Assembly (NCBI GenBank): GCA_963666345.1
Contig: OY762721.1
Location: 768,001-832,000 of the forward strand
DNA from: Desulfatiglandales bacterium
GTDB taxonomy: Bacteria > Desulfobacterota > DSM-4660 > Desulfatiglandales > Desulfatiglandaceae
Direction of reading: 5' to 3'
DNA length: 64,000 nucleotides
Part shown: positions 29,583 through 39,658 of the stretch, in pieces
Layout of the letters: each line of letters starts with the position of its first letter
Position numbering within the stretch: position 1 is the stretch's first letter
Notes under the pieces: model-generated
What the model was told of the DNA's origin: nothing
What the model saw: the letters and a program-made list of their open reading frames with translations, nothing else
The model's database searches: none
Program-made: the position numbers and the translations under genes

Positions 29583-30872
29583 ATGGATGTCGAGCTAAAA
29601 TATGGGAAGGGGTCCAGATTGATCAAGATCCCTTCAAAGGCTAAGGTGACCATGCTGAACCCTGCTACCCTTCCTGCATTGGGAAATATTTCAGGGTCAC
29701 TTGATTCGGCCTTGTCCTCCCCGGTAGAACGGCCCGCTCTAGTGGACTATCTTTCGGAAAAAAGGCCCAAAACCATTTCCATTGCCATTTCCGACGAAAG
29801 CAGACCGGTACCGGTCAAAGCCATCATCCCTTCACTCCTCAAGCATCTCTATAAAGCGCTTCCCGGCCTAAAGCCTTCTGACGTGACGATTGTGATAGGA
29901 GGTGGCCTGCATCCGCCCCCCGATAAAGCGGGTATAGAGAGGATCATCCCCTCTTCTCTGACCCAGGGTTGCAGAGTGACGGCACATGATGCCATCTCCT
30001 CGAAAGTCAGCGATTTCGGAGTAACTACGCGCGGAACCCCGGTACGCATAAATCGGGAATTGGCAACTGGTGACTGCAAGATCTCCATCGGCCTCATAGA
30101 CCCCCATCAGTTCGTCGGTTTTACAGGGGGCGCAAAGGGTGTGGTAATAGGCTGTGCCGCCGCGGAAACCATCGAACATAATCACAAGCTCATGTATGAA
30201 GACAACGCCCAGGTCGGCAGGCTGGAGGGCAACCCCGTAAGGGAGGACCTGAATGAGGCGGGGGACCGGGTGGGGATAGATTATGCGATAAATGTGGTGC
30301 TTAACGGGGATAAAAAGGCTGTTGAACTTTTTTGCGGAGAGCCGAAAGCGGTGCTTAAAAAGGGAGCTGCCGTATGTGCCTCCCTGTACGGGGTAGGGAT
30401 AAAGAAAAAGTTTGATATGGTTATTGCGTCATGTGGGGGTTTTCCAAAGGATATCTGTCTGTATCAGGCCCAGAAGGGGCTAAATCTTGCTTCACATGCC
30501 GTTAGGGAAGGTGGGAAAATCCTGCTTCTGGCCGCCTCTTCTCAGGGAGTGGGAGATGACGTTTATTTGGACTATGTCTCGCGCTTTGCAACTCCCCGGG
30601 AGGTTCTTGATGACTTTGCCGAAAGTGGATTCAAGATGGGCGCTCACAAGGCATATCTGTTCGGAAGGACCCTTGCCAGTTATGATGTTGCGGTGGCCTC
30701 CGAGCTCGATGCCGATGTTCTGAGGACCTGCCAGCTCAAGGCCGTAGCCCCTGACTCTACCATTGAGAAATGGGTCAGGGATTTCGAGGGGCGCCCGCGC
30801 GTCGCGGTCGTCCCCAATGCAAATACAACCTATTTTTACCAGGAAGGACTTGAAATAAAGGGGCAAAAATAA
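29583..30872 (+). CDS. larA: LarA-family nickel-pincer alpha-hydroxyacid racemase/epimerase
   Basis: SDESRP, GGLH, PHQFVGFTGGAK, HNH, GNPVRED, YQAQKG retain LarA catalytic and cofactor residues. Confidence 0.9.
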   Translation: MDVELKYGKGSRLIKIPSKAKVTMLNPATLPALGNISGSLDSALSSPVERPALVDYLSEKRPKTISIAISDESRPVPVKAIIPSLLKHLYKALPGLKPSDVTIVIGGGLHPPPDKAGIERIIPSSLTQGCRVTAHDAISSKVSDFGVTTRGTPVRINRELATGDCKISIGLIDPHQFVGFTGGAKGVVIGCAAAETIEHNHKLMYEDNAQVGRLEGNPVREDLNEAGDRVGIDYAINVVLNGDKKAVELFCGEPKAVLKKGAAVCASLYGVGIKKKFDMVIASCGGFPKDICLYQAQKGLNLASHAVREGGKILLLAASSQGVGDDVYLDYVSRFATPREVLDDFAESGFKMGAHKAYLFGRTLASYDVAVASELDADVLRTCQLKAVAPDSTIEKWVRDFEGRPRVAVVPNANTTYFYQEGLEIKGQK

Positions 30873-31150
30873 GACGGGAGGCCAAAAGGTTTCATCGAAG
30901 TTTGAGCAGGCTTTCAAGAATGAACAATCGAGAAAGAACCGGCTCTTAACTGCCGATTCTTCTAAATCGATGAGGCGAATACCAGAGGCATGAGTTTCTG
31001 CTCACCAGGCCTATCGGGAATGCACAATAATCTTTGGTCCTTACCCGGTTTTTCGGATAAGATTCGGTTTGTAAAGGGGTGCATCTACAATTTAACAGGA
31101 ACGGCTGAGCACTCCGCAGCTTTTCCACTGACGTAAGGAGGCTAGTTACA

Positions 31151-32104
31151 ATGAAAAAAGCATTATTTACTATCTTTGTTTTTCTTTGCGTGTGTGCCTT
31201 CACCATGCCGGCAATGGCGGCAGACAAGTATCCTTCAAGGCCTATAACCTACCAGGTGGCATTTCCTCCCGGCGGCCAATCAGACCTTGAAGCACGAAGG
31301 CAGCAGCCCTACCTGGAAAAAATTCTTGGACAAAAGGTCATTATTCAGTACAAACCGGGCGGAGGGGGATCCATCTGCTGGGCTGATCTTGTAAAACAGA
31401 AACCGGACGGTTATTTCGTAGCCGGTTTTAACGTTCCCCACATTGTCCTTCAGCCACTTGCTCGCGGCAACGCCGGATATGAAACCGATCAGCTTACCCC
31501 TATCGCCATCTTTCAGGCTACCGCGCTGGGTCTTGCCGTAATGAAAGATTCCCGTTTCAAGACGATTAAGGACCTGGTGGAATTCGCTAAAAAGCACCCC
31601 GGTGAAGTCGTTGCGGGTGGTTCGGGCACATGGTCGGGTCCCCACCTGGCATTTCTGCAGTTCTGCACACTTGCCGGCATCGAGATGACCTGGATTCCTT
31701 ATAAAGGGGCAGCCCCGGGGGTAGCCGCATTCCTTGGCAAGCATATTGAGATTACCCTTGCCAATTCCAATGACCTTGTATCTCATAAGGATAAGATTCG
31801 TGTACTTGCAATGGGCACGGAGGAACGCTTCAAACACTTTCCCGACACACCCACTTTTCAGGAGCTGGGCTATGACATGACCGCCAGTGTTGACCGCGGC
31901 TTGGCCGGACCTCCGGGGTTTCCCGAGGAAGCGGTCAAAGTCCTTGAAAAGGCATGCCTTGATATCGCCTCAAAGCCAGAGGTGGTTGCAGCCCTTGAAC
32001 GTGACGGATTCGTGGTAAGGAAAATGAATGCCGCACAGACAAAGGCCTACATTGAAAAGAAGAAGGCACAGTTGCTTCCGATCCTGAAGGCCTCCAAAAA
32101 ATAG
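31151..32104 (+). CDS. tctC: Tripartite tricarboxylate transporter substrate-binding protein
   Basis: Signal peptide, YP.RPI, FPPGG.SD, KPGGGG, KPDGY, PYKG, PTF.E.G. Confidence 0.9.
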   Translation: MKKALFTIFVFLCVCAFTMPAMAADKYPSRPITYQVAFPPGGQSDLEARRQQPYLEKILGQKVIIQYKPGGGGSICWADLVKQKPDGYFVAGFNVPHIVLQPLARGNAGYETDQLTPIAIFQATALGLAVMKDSRFKTIKDLVEFAKKHPGEVVAGGSGTWSGPHLAFLQFCTLAGIEMTWIPYKGAAPGVAAFLGKHIEITLANSNDLVSHKDKIRVLAMGTEERFKHFPDTPTFQELGYDMTASVDRGLAGPPGFPEEAVKVLEKACLDIASKPEVVAALERDGFVVRKMNAAQTKAYIEKKKAQLLPILKASKK

Positions 32105-32133
32105 GTGGCGTTTTAGGCCCTTGTTACTAAACC

Positions 32134-32157
32134 GCAGGGGGGCCTTGGTCCCCCTGC
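32134..32157 (+). other. Intercistronic hairpin after tctC
   Basis: GCAGGGGGGCC-TT-GGTCCCCCTGC. Confidence 0.6.
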
Positions 32158-32179
32158 CTATAATCTAGGTGTAAAAATC

Positions 32180-33730
32180 ATGTTTGATGCGGCTCTTACC
32201 GGTTTACTCAATGTCTTTGAGTTTTGGAATTTTCTCTGCCTCTTCGGTGGGGTAGTAATGGGGATCGTTTTCGGGGCCCTTCCGGGCCTCACCGCTACCA
32301 TGGGCCTGGCCCTGCTTATCCCTTTTACCTTTACCATGACCCCTGCCGCCGGCCTGATAATGCTGGCGGGCATCTATGTGGGTGCCATGTACGGAGATTC
32401 AATCCCGGCAATTCTTATCAACACACCGGGCACTCCCGCGGCTATTGCCACCACTTTTGACGGATTTCCTCTTGCCCAGAAGGGTATGGCCCAGCACGGT
32501 CTTGTGGCAGCGGCCATCGCCTCCGCGTTCGGATCCCTTGTGGCAAATATCGTTCTTGCCACCGCCGCCCCACCCCTTGCCGAGGCATCCCTCAAGTTCG
32601 GTCCGCCCGAGTATTTCTGGCTGGGCATATTCGGACTGACTATTATCGCAACCCTTTCATCCGGTTTTATCTTTAAAGGTCTTCTGGGCGGCACCTTCGG
32701 ACTTATACTCAGCACGGTCGGCATGTCACCCCTTGGAGGGGATGTAAGACTCACCTTCGGCTATCCCGAACTTCAGGCCGGCATAGAACTCATTGTCGCT
32801 CTCATAGGGTTTTTCTGTCTTCCTGAAATCCTGAGCAGTATTATCGGTCAGAGAAGGCAGTCATATTCTTCCCAGAAGGTCGTGCCGACACTTAGCGTTA
32901 TATGGGAAGTAACCACATCTTTGCTCAAAAAACCGGTTCTCATGTTTCGGTCCTCTATAATTGGAACGATTATAGGATTTGCTCCCGGTGCCGGGGGAAA
33001 TATTGCCAGCATGGTTTCCTATAACGAGGCATGCCGTTGGGATAAAAATCCGGAAGAATTCGGAAAAGGCACTATCAAGGGAGTAGCCGCATCCGAGGCC
33101 GCTAACAGCGCGATGGCGCCGGGCTCTCTTATACCTCTGCTTACCTTGGGGATACCCGGCTCTCCTCCTTCGGCGGTCATATTGGGGGCACTCATGCTCC
33201 ACGGCATGAGACCCGGAGTAGAGCTTTTCAGCGTACATGTTGTGACAACCTACTCCTTTATTATGGGTTTGCTCGTTGCTGCTTTTCTGGTAACGATTAT
33301 CGGCAGCTTCGGCTCCTTTGTATATGCGAGGATAATCAATATCCCCGCCAGATTTCTCGCACCGGCAGTGGTGTTCATGACTATTCTCGGGTCCTATGCC
33401 ATCAGGAACAACATCCTTGACGTATGGATCATGTTTTTGTTCGGAGTCATAGGCTACGCCAGCAATAAGCTTAAGTTTCATCCCGCACCGATCGTACTGG
33501 GGCTTATCTTAGGTCCATTCGTCGAAGAGGGACTTGTCCAGTCCATGCTTGCGGGGAAGGCCTCGGGCAGCGTTATCGGTTATATGACCTTAAGGCCTAT
33601 ATCTGCTGTCCTGATCGGGTTGTGCGTCATGTCGGCCGGCTGGCCGTTGTTTGCCTCATGGCGGACCAAAAGACGGGAAAAGGCTAAAGCCTGTGCCTGT
33701 GATGTGGAGGATACTAATGTTAAACGCTGA
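32180..33730 (+). CDS. tctA: TTT large permease
   Basis: GALPGL, AILINTPGTP, FGPPEYF, PLLTLGIPG. Confidence 0.92.
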   Translation: MFDAALTGLLNVFEFWNFLCLFGGVVMGIVFGALPGLTATMGLALLIPFTFTMTPAAGLIMLAGIYVGAMYGDSIPAILINTPGTPAAIATTFDGFPLAQKGMAQHGLVAAAIASAFGSLVANIVLATAAPPLAEASLKFGPPEYFWLGIFGLTIIATLSSGFIFKGLLGGTFGLILSTVGMSPLGGDVRLTFGYPELQAGIELIVALIGFFCLPEILSSIIGQRRQSYSSQKVVPTLSVIWEVTTSLLKKPVLMFRSSIIGTIIGFAPGAGGNIASMVSYNEACRWDKNPEEFGKGTIKGVAASEAANSAMAPGSLIPLLTLGIPGSPPSAVILGALMLHGMRPGVELFSVHVVTTYSFIMGLLVAAFLVTIIGSFGSFVYARIINIPARFLAPAVVFMTILGSYAIRNNILDVWIMFLFGVIGYASNKLKFHPAPIVLGLILGPFVEEGLVQSMLAGKASGSVIGYMTLRPISAVLIGLCVMSAGWPLFASWRTKRREKAKACACDVEDTNVKR

Positions 33731-34163
33731 TCTTATTGTTGGAATATCTTCTTTTGTTTTAGGGGGAATCCTCTACTTTTCGTCACGGGGCCTGAGCAAA
33801 CTGGGGGGAATTTTCGTTAACTATGTGCTCGTGGCAATTTTTCTGCTGGCTGCGGTGATGTTTGTTAAAGGGCTGATAAAGCCGGAAAAGCTTGCCTTTT
33901 TCGAATCGGTTATTGAACGGAACAACATCCTGATCGGAATAATCATCCTGTTTCTTTACCTTATTATCATGCCTTGGATAGGTTTTCTGATATCGAGTTA
34001 TATCTTTTATTTCGCCTTCAACACATATCTTGCGGAAAACCGCTGGAGCAACAGAAATATCCTCCAGTCCATGGCATTGAGCGCGATTGTGGTCACCTTC
34101 TTTTATATCATTTTCCACCACGTGCTGCAGGTCCCACTTCCTGTCGGATCATTTTTTGAATAG
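33717..34163 (+). CDS. tctB: TTT small permease
   Basis: Four to five TM helices, C-terminal L.VPLP.G. Start ATG 33717 after GGAGG. Confidence 0.85.
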   Translation: MLNADLIVGISSFVLGGILYFSSRGLSKLGGIFVNYVLVAIFLLAAVMFVKGLIKPEKLAFFESVIERNNILIGIIILFLYLIIMPWIGFLISSYIFYFAFNTYLAENRWSNRNILQSMALSAIVVTFFYIIFHHVLQVPLPVGSFFE

Positions 34164-34204
34164 GATGACGGGGAGAGAAGATCGGATATGATTGGCGGGC
34201 CTTC

Positions 34205-35752
34205 TCAAAAAGAGGAGGCCCTGTAATCACTTGGGTTCAGATTGAATTTTCTCAATCGGTATTGAAGGGTTGAACGAGGAAGACCCAGGATCCTGGCCGC
34301 ACCGTTTTTTCCGCCTACGGCCCCGCTGCATTTTATAAGAACCCCTTCAATATGCCTGCGCTCTATCTCAGCCAGGGTGAGGTCACCAGCGGCTACAGGC
34401 GTATCAGGGAAAGGGCCCAGCAGGGCGGAGATATCATTTGCATCTATATGATCCCCGGGTCTCAATATTACCATCCTCTTTATCAGGTTCTTCAGTTCCC
34501 TAACGTTTCCCGGCCACTGATACCGGCACAGCATATCGATGGCACCTTCCGAATATGAAGGAGGAAGCCTGTTGATTAATTTCGCCTGGAGGCCGGTCAG
34601 TTTTCTCATCAGAATCGGCACGTCTTCTACCCTCTCCCTGAGAGGGGGAACATGCACATTCACGATATTGAGCCGGTAGAAGAGATCCTTTCTGAATTTT
34701 CCCTCCTTTATCATGAGATCAAGGTCCCTGTTGGTGGCTGCAACCACCCTGAAATCAACCTTGATCGGCCTGCTGTCACCCACCCTTTCAAAGCGGCGCT
34801 CCTGAAGTACATTAAGCATCTTTGCCTGGAGGCTGAGCGGCAGTTCCGAGACCTCATCCAGAAAAACAGTCCCTTTGTCAGCCATCTCAAAGCGGCCGAT
34901 ACGCTTGTCGTCGGCGCCGGTGAAGGCACCTTTTGCATGTCCGAAGAGTTCACTTTCAAAAAGGGATGCAGAAAGCGCGGGGCAGTTTATTTTGACAAAA
35001 AGGTTATCCCTTCTGGAACTGTATCGGTGTATGTAACGAGCCAGATAGTCTTTTCCCGTTCCCGTCTCCCCGCTTATAAGCACGGATGCGTCCGTATCGG
35101 CCACCTGATTCATCAGTTCCATTATATCCTGCATCTGCCTCGAGGAAAAATAAAAGGAATCCTCCTTATAGCCCTCATCGGCATCGGCAATGAGGAAATC
35201 TCTCTGTCTCATCAGATTTGCGTTTATTTTCTTTAGGTGGGTATAGGCAAGCATATTGTCGACCGCAATTGAAACCTGGTTGGTCACATCGGTCAGGACT
35301 TCGGTCAGTTCTTTCAGATAACAGGGAGGTCTTGTAAAGGAAAAATGGATGGTTCCCAGGATTCGATTACGCATGACAAGGGGAAATGCCATGGTCGACC
35401 TGAGACCCGCCTCAAGCATCGACTCTATCGACGGCAGATCGATATAGGATGTGAGATCCTCGATTATGACCGGTTTCATCGACCCGATAACCATGCGCGT
35501 AATAGGACCCTTTGACAGGGGCCTGCTGCCTTTGCATGAAATCCCCTCAGGGTCAATCCCATGGGCCGTTGCAAAATAGCTGATCGATTCGGTTTCGGAA
35601 TCATAAAGATTTATACTGAGCCTGTCATAAGGAAAATTCTTTCTAAGCTCCTTTGCAAGGGCCCTGAAAAGTTCTTCTCTTGTTGTGCGAGTCATTACCG
35701 CATTGTCTATACTCAGCAGAATCTGGTATCGCGCTTCAGTGCTCCAGCGCAT
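34205..35752 (-). CDS. Sigma-54 enhancer-binding activator (GAF + AAA+ + HTH, FhlA-like)
   Basis: GETGTGK, ESELFGH.KGAFTGA, FLDE, WPGNVREL, C-terminal HTH AARILGLPRSTL. Confidence 0.95.
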   Translation of the reverse strand: MRWSTEARYQILLSIDNAVMTRTTREELFRALAKELRKNFPYDRLSINLYDSETESISYFATAHGIDPEGISCKGSRPLSKGPITRMVIGSMKPVIIEDLTSYIDLPSIESMLEAGLRSTMAFPLVMRNRILGTIHFSFTRPPCYLKELTEVLTDVTNQVSIAVDNMLAYTHLKKINANLMRQRDFLIADADEGYKEDSFYFSSRQMQDIMELMNQVADTDASVLISGETGTGKDYLARYIHRYSSRRDNLFVKINCPALSASLFESELFGHAKGAFTGADDKRIGRFEMADKGTVFLDEVSELPLSLQAKMLNVLQERRFERVGDSRPIKVDFRVVAATNRDLDLMIKEGKFRKDLFYRLNIVNVHVPPLRERVEDVPILMRKLTGLQAKLINRLPPSYSEGAIDMLCRYQWPGNVRELKNLIKRMVILRPGDHIDANDISALLGPFPDTPVAAGDLTLAEIERRHIEGVLIKCSGAVGGKNGAARILGLPRSTLQYRLRKFNLNPSDYRASSF

Positions 35753-35893
35753 TGTATCCTCCTTTTACCTTTCGACCCTTCTTCCGTTCTGAAATCAAAA
35801 GGCAATCATTTGTATTTTGGACAGCTGCCAAAAGGAAAGACAATCCTCCTCAAAGAAAATTTCATATAATATTTAATTTTGCTTTAAAATCAA

Positions 35894-35907
35894 GCCCAAT
35901 AATGGGC
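35894..35907. promoter_or_regulatory. Single activator box upstream of the activator gene
   Basis: GCCCAATAATGGGC, the same motif as at suyA and larA. Confidence 0.7.
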
Positions 35908-36185
35908 ATCCGCAAAAACCACTTGCTCGCGTGGTAAAACCACGCGGCTTAATCTCATGGCTGATCCACCCCTTGGTTGAGGCAAAAAAACCATTGCTTT
36001 GACTTCCGCACACACCCCAAGATGCTGGATGCAAGGCGCCTGGGAGCCACAACCCAGGCGCATAACCTATTCGTCGCACAACTACTCAGGCGGGACAGGT
36101 ATTCGCATATATTGACTGAAAAGCGATGGGGCACTATACTATTTATTTAAGCCTCATGGAAAATTTGATCTTAAAGGGACTCCAA

Positions 36186-36404
36186 GTGGAAATTGATGTC
36201 AAGGTATTCATTAATTTGCGTGAAAATCGCAATTCCAAGGCCATCGTTGAGGAAGATTCAATGGCCGTTGAACTGCTGGAGTCCTTAGGTATCCCTATTT
36301 CCGATGTCGGTATCCTGCTTATAAATGATAAGCAGGCCCTCCTCGATCAAAGGCTTCAAAACGGGGACAAGGTAATTGTCATCCCGCCGACAGGGGGCGG
36401 GTAG
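36186..36404 (+). CDS. MoaD/ThiS-family sulfur carrier
   Basis: About 72 aa beta-grasp ending IPPTGGG. Probable GTG start at 36186. Confidence 0.85.
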   Translation: MEIDVKVFINLRENRNSKAIVEEDSMAVELLESLGIPISDVGILLINDKQALLDQRLQNGDKVIVIPPTGGG

Positions 36405-36449
36405 TCATACCTTCAGATCATTTGATGACGAGCCTCTTGGGGTGAATTC

Positions 36450-37223
36450 ATGAGTCTATCCATAAGATATAAAAGGCAGGCAGCCTTTCCAGGTCTGGGG
36501 GAAAATGGACAGGCGCTTCTTGGAGCGGCAAAAGTCGCTATTGTGGGTTGCGGGGGCCTCGGGTCCACCTTGGCAAGCTGCATGGCAAGGGCCGGGGTTG
36601 GAAACCTTACGATTATCGACCGTGACAGCCCGGATATCTCAAACCTGCACCGTCAATTCCTGTTCGATACATCTGATGTGGAAAAGGGTGCCAACAAGGC
36701 CCTGGCCGCAACTGAAAAGCTGCGCAGAGTGAACCCTGAAATAAAAATCTGTGGTTTACCGGAAAGACTTTCAAAAAAGAATTGCGACAAGCTCCTTGCC
36801 GGAAATGATCTTGTCCTGGATGGAACCGATAATTTTGAAACAAGGTATATCATAAACGACTGGTGCCTCAAAAACAAAGTACCCTGGATCTACGGCGGAG
36901 TTGACTCATCCATAGGGATGACCATGGTTATCAAAGCCGTCAAGGGTCCCTGCTTCAGATGCCTCTTTCCGTCACGCGTTGCTGAGGATCGGCCTTCTGA
37001 CGATCCTCAAAGAGGCATTATCAATACCGTTCCCGTTGTTATAGCCTCTTTTCAGGCAACTGAGGCATTCAAGCTTCTTACACAAAGCAATGATGTAATA
37101 GAAAACTTAAGGATAATAGATCTATGGTCCGGTGAATTCAGGACCGTTCAGATTGAAAGAAATCCTGTCTGTCCTTGCTGTTCATCTGAGCCTTCAAACA
37201 TGAACACCCTGCCGGACAAATAG
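36450..37223 (+). CDS. MoeB/ThiF-family adenylyltransferase
   Basis: RY.RQ, GCGGLG, SNLHRQ, DGTDNF, PCFRC, CPCC. Confidence 0.92.
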   Translation: MSLSIRYKRQAAFPGLGENGQALLGAAKVAIVGCGGLGSTLASCMARAGVGNLTIIDRDSPDISNLHRQFLFDTSDVEKGANKALAATEKLRRVNPEIKICGLPERLSKKNCDKLLAGNDLVLDGTDNFETRYIINDWCLKNKVPWIYGGVDSSIGMTMVIKAVKGPCFRCLFPSRVAEDRPSDDPQRGIINTVPVVIASFQATEAFKLLTQSNDVIENLRIIDLWSGEFRTVQIERNPVCPCCSSEPSNMNTLPDK

Positions 37224-37557
37224 CGCATCGCTAATTATTCCCACTCTTTTTCGTAAGCAAATCACCTTACACCCCTTATCTGCTGTTCCAACATGGCAGT
37301 GCATCGGCTTAAAATTCTTATTTTACACATTGTAAAAGATACTGACACCTTAGTTTCACTGATCAAAAAAAGATGCGTCGCATTTCATTTTATAAGCCCG
37401 TTATTCATTTACTCAAAGCCGACAAAATTATTATTGTTTTTCAAACAGGACCGGTAGGTTCGCAAACCAGAGCCAACGGATCATTTTCTCAAGATTTTTA
37501 TTAGACCATAGAGGACGAACCTGACAGATCCGTATCTTTTTGGGGGGATGGTCTTTC

Positions 37558-37572
37558 TGGCATATAAATTGC
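37558..37572 (+). promoter_or_regulatory. Putative sigma-54 promoter of the hdr-like operon
   Basis: TGGCATATAAATTGC. Confidence 0.65.
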
Positions 37573-37814
37573 CGTGTTTAAAAAGTTGGGATCAAGTAAT
37601 TTATAAGTCAGTGCTGGAAACCAAAAGAACTTAAAGTATTTTCATCCAAGATTGCCATTTATAATACTAATTTTCAAAATTTCAGACATCTTGACTTGAC
37701 AAACATCATATCCCTTTATAAAAAGCAGTTGCCGCTTAAAAAGGCACGGCAGTTTTTACGATTTCAGCCCTTGAGGCAATCTCCTGATTAACCAGTCAAT
37801 GCGGAGGTCCTAGT

Positions 37815-39569
37815 ATGGCTTTTACGGTATCCCTCTATGCCTCTCTAACAATATTCCTTTTAGGTCTTATATACAGGATATACATTTGGTTCTTTCGAAA
37901 AACCGGGATCTCTCCCAGAGACCTTACCACCTCAAAAAGGGCCTCTTCCGCCATAAAAGGGATAATTTCCGTAATTTTCAGCGCAAAGATTTTTAAACTA
38001 CTAAAGGCTTTTTTACTCGACATATTGTTTCAAAAAAGAATCCTGCAGGAAAGTTTTTTACGCTGGGTAATGCATATGCTCATATTCTGGGGCTTCATGC
38101 TCCTGCTCATCATGCATGCCCTCGATTCGATATTCTTTCCAGGTTCCAACTCTACGCTGAATCCCTTCTTTTTCCTACGAGACCTTTTCGGGCTCATGGT
38201 AATCATAGGTGTTGCGATAGCCGTATTCAGACGCTTTATTCTTAAGGTGCCAAGGCTGAAATCAAACGGGATGGACAAATATGCCGTAATCATACTCGCT
38301 GTGATCATGTTTTCAGGTATTTTTCTCACCGGGATGAAAATCACCTCCAGAAGCGAATTCATGGTCATGGTCGATGATTATGCAGGACTCGATGACGAGG
38401 AGGAAGTAAAGGCACTGGAAAGTTTATGGGTCAAGGAATTCGGTCTGGTGTCCCCTATAGTGAAAGGACCCTTTGAAGAGGAGACATTAGAGCAGGGAAG
38501 CGGACTGCATTCCGATTACTGTGCCGACTGCCATTCCTCCAACAAATCGGCATTTACAGGGTATGCCTTTGCAAAGATTATAAGCCCCTTTGCAGCGGCA
38601 CTGGATCGGGCCGGATTTGTGGGCATACTATGGTATATACATTTTCTTTCCTGCTTTGCGGGACTGGCCTACCTTCCCTTCAGCAAGATGCTCCATATCT
38701 TTTCAACACCGATGAGCCTTCTGGCAAATTCAGTAATGGACGAGGAAACATCAAGTCCTGAAAATATTGCAACAAGGCAGATCATGGAGCTTGACGCCTG
38801 CACTCACTGCGGCACATGCAGCCTTTACTGCTCAGCCATGATGGCCTACGAGGCAAGAGGGAACAGCTATATCCTCCCTTCGGAAAAGATGGTCGTTCTA
38901 AAGTCCATGGCAGCGGGGAAAAAGCTTACCGAAACCGAGGAAAGGGCAATCCTCGAAGGTATTTATCTCTGCACGAACTGTGACAGATGCACCGTAGTCT
39001 GTCCGTCAGGCATAAATCTGAAGGAGTTATGGATAAACGTAAGAGAACAACTGGTGCAGGAAGGACCTGCCGAGCCGTTCATGCTCTCTCCGCTTTCACT
39101 CGTAAGGGGCTTGAAAAGAGAGCGTGTCTCACCGGACGCATATCCCCTTCCCCTTGAGATGGCAGGCAAGGCGCTTTCAGGAAGATTCGATTCACTCATT
39201 GACGCGGAAGTTTCCATCAACCTTGATCAACCTGATGGAAACGGCCGTCTGCTCGCTGAAAGCACCTTTTCCTACTGTTTCGGCTGTCAGAACTGCTCGA
39301 CCGTTTGTCCCGTGGTTGAAAGTTATGAGAACCCGCAGGAGGAACTGGGGCTCCTCCCCCACCAAATCATGTGCTGTCTGGGGCTTGGACTAACCGAAAT
39401 GGCCTCCGGCGCTAAAATGATATGGGATTGTCTCACCTGCTATCAGTGCCAGGAACACTGCCCTCAAAACGTAAAGGTTACTGACATTCTCTATGAGCTG
39501 AAAAACATGGCCGTTGACAAATTTGAAGCAAAGATGGAGAAAGACGATCAAGCAGGCAAAGCTGCCTGA
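37815..39569 (+). CDS. Membrane-bound HdrC-like protein: NarI/HdrE-like TM domain, CxxCH and two Fe-S dicluster domains
   Basis: About five TM helices with His (WVMHML, IMHAL, YIHFL, KMLHIF), CADCH, then CTHCGTCSLYC/CTNCDRCTVVCP and CFGCQNCSTVCP/CLTCYQCQEHCP. Confidence 0.8.
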   Translation: MAFTVSLYASLTIFLLGLIYRIYIWFFRKTGISPRDLTTSKRASSAIKGIISVIFSAKIFKLLKAFLLDILFQKRILQESFLRWVMHMLIFWGFMLLLIMHALDSIFFPGSNSTLNPFFFLRDLFGLMVIIGVAIAVFRRFILKVPRLKSNGMDKYAVIILAVIMFSGIFLTGMKITSRSEFMVMVDDYAGLDDEEEVKALESLWVKEFGLVSPIVKGPFEEETLEQGSGLHSDYCADCHSSNKSAFTGYAFAKIISPFAAALDRAGFVGILWYIHFLSCFAGLAYLPFSKMLHIFSTPMSLLANSVMDEETSSPENIATRQIMELDACTHCGTCSLYCSAMMAYEARGNSYILPSEKMVVLKSMAAGKKLTETEERAILEGIYLCTNCDRCTVVCPSGINLKELWINVREQLVQEGPAEPFMLSPLSLVRGLKRERVSPDAYPLPLEMAGKALSGRFDSLIDAEVSINLDQPDGNGRLLAESTFSYCFGCQNCSTVCPVVESYENPQEELGLLPHQIMCCLGLGLTEMASGAKMIWDCLTCYQCQEHCPQNVKVTDILYELKNMAVDKFEAKMEKDDQAGKAA

Positions 39570-39658
39570 GGGTGATATAAATTGAGAGGGAGACACAAAA
39601 TCGACCAAACAACTTCATATGGGCCTGTCAAATACCAGGCCGGAGGTTTAATACGATC

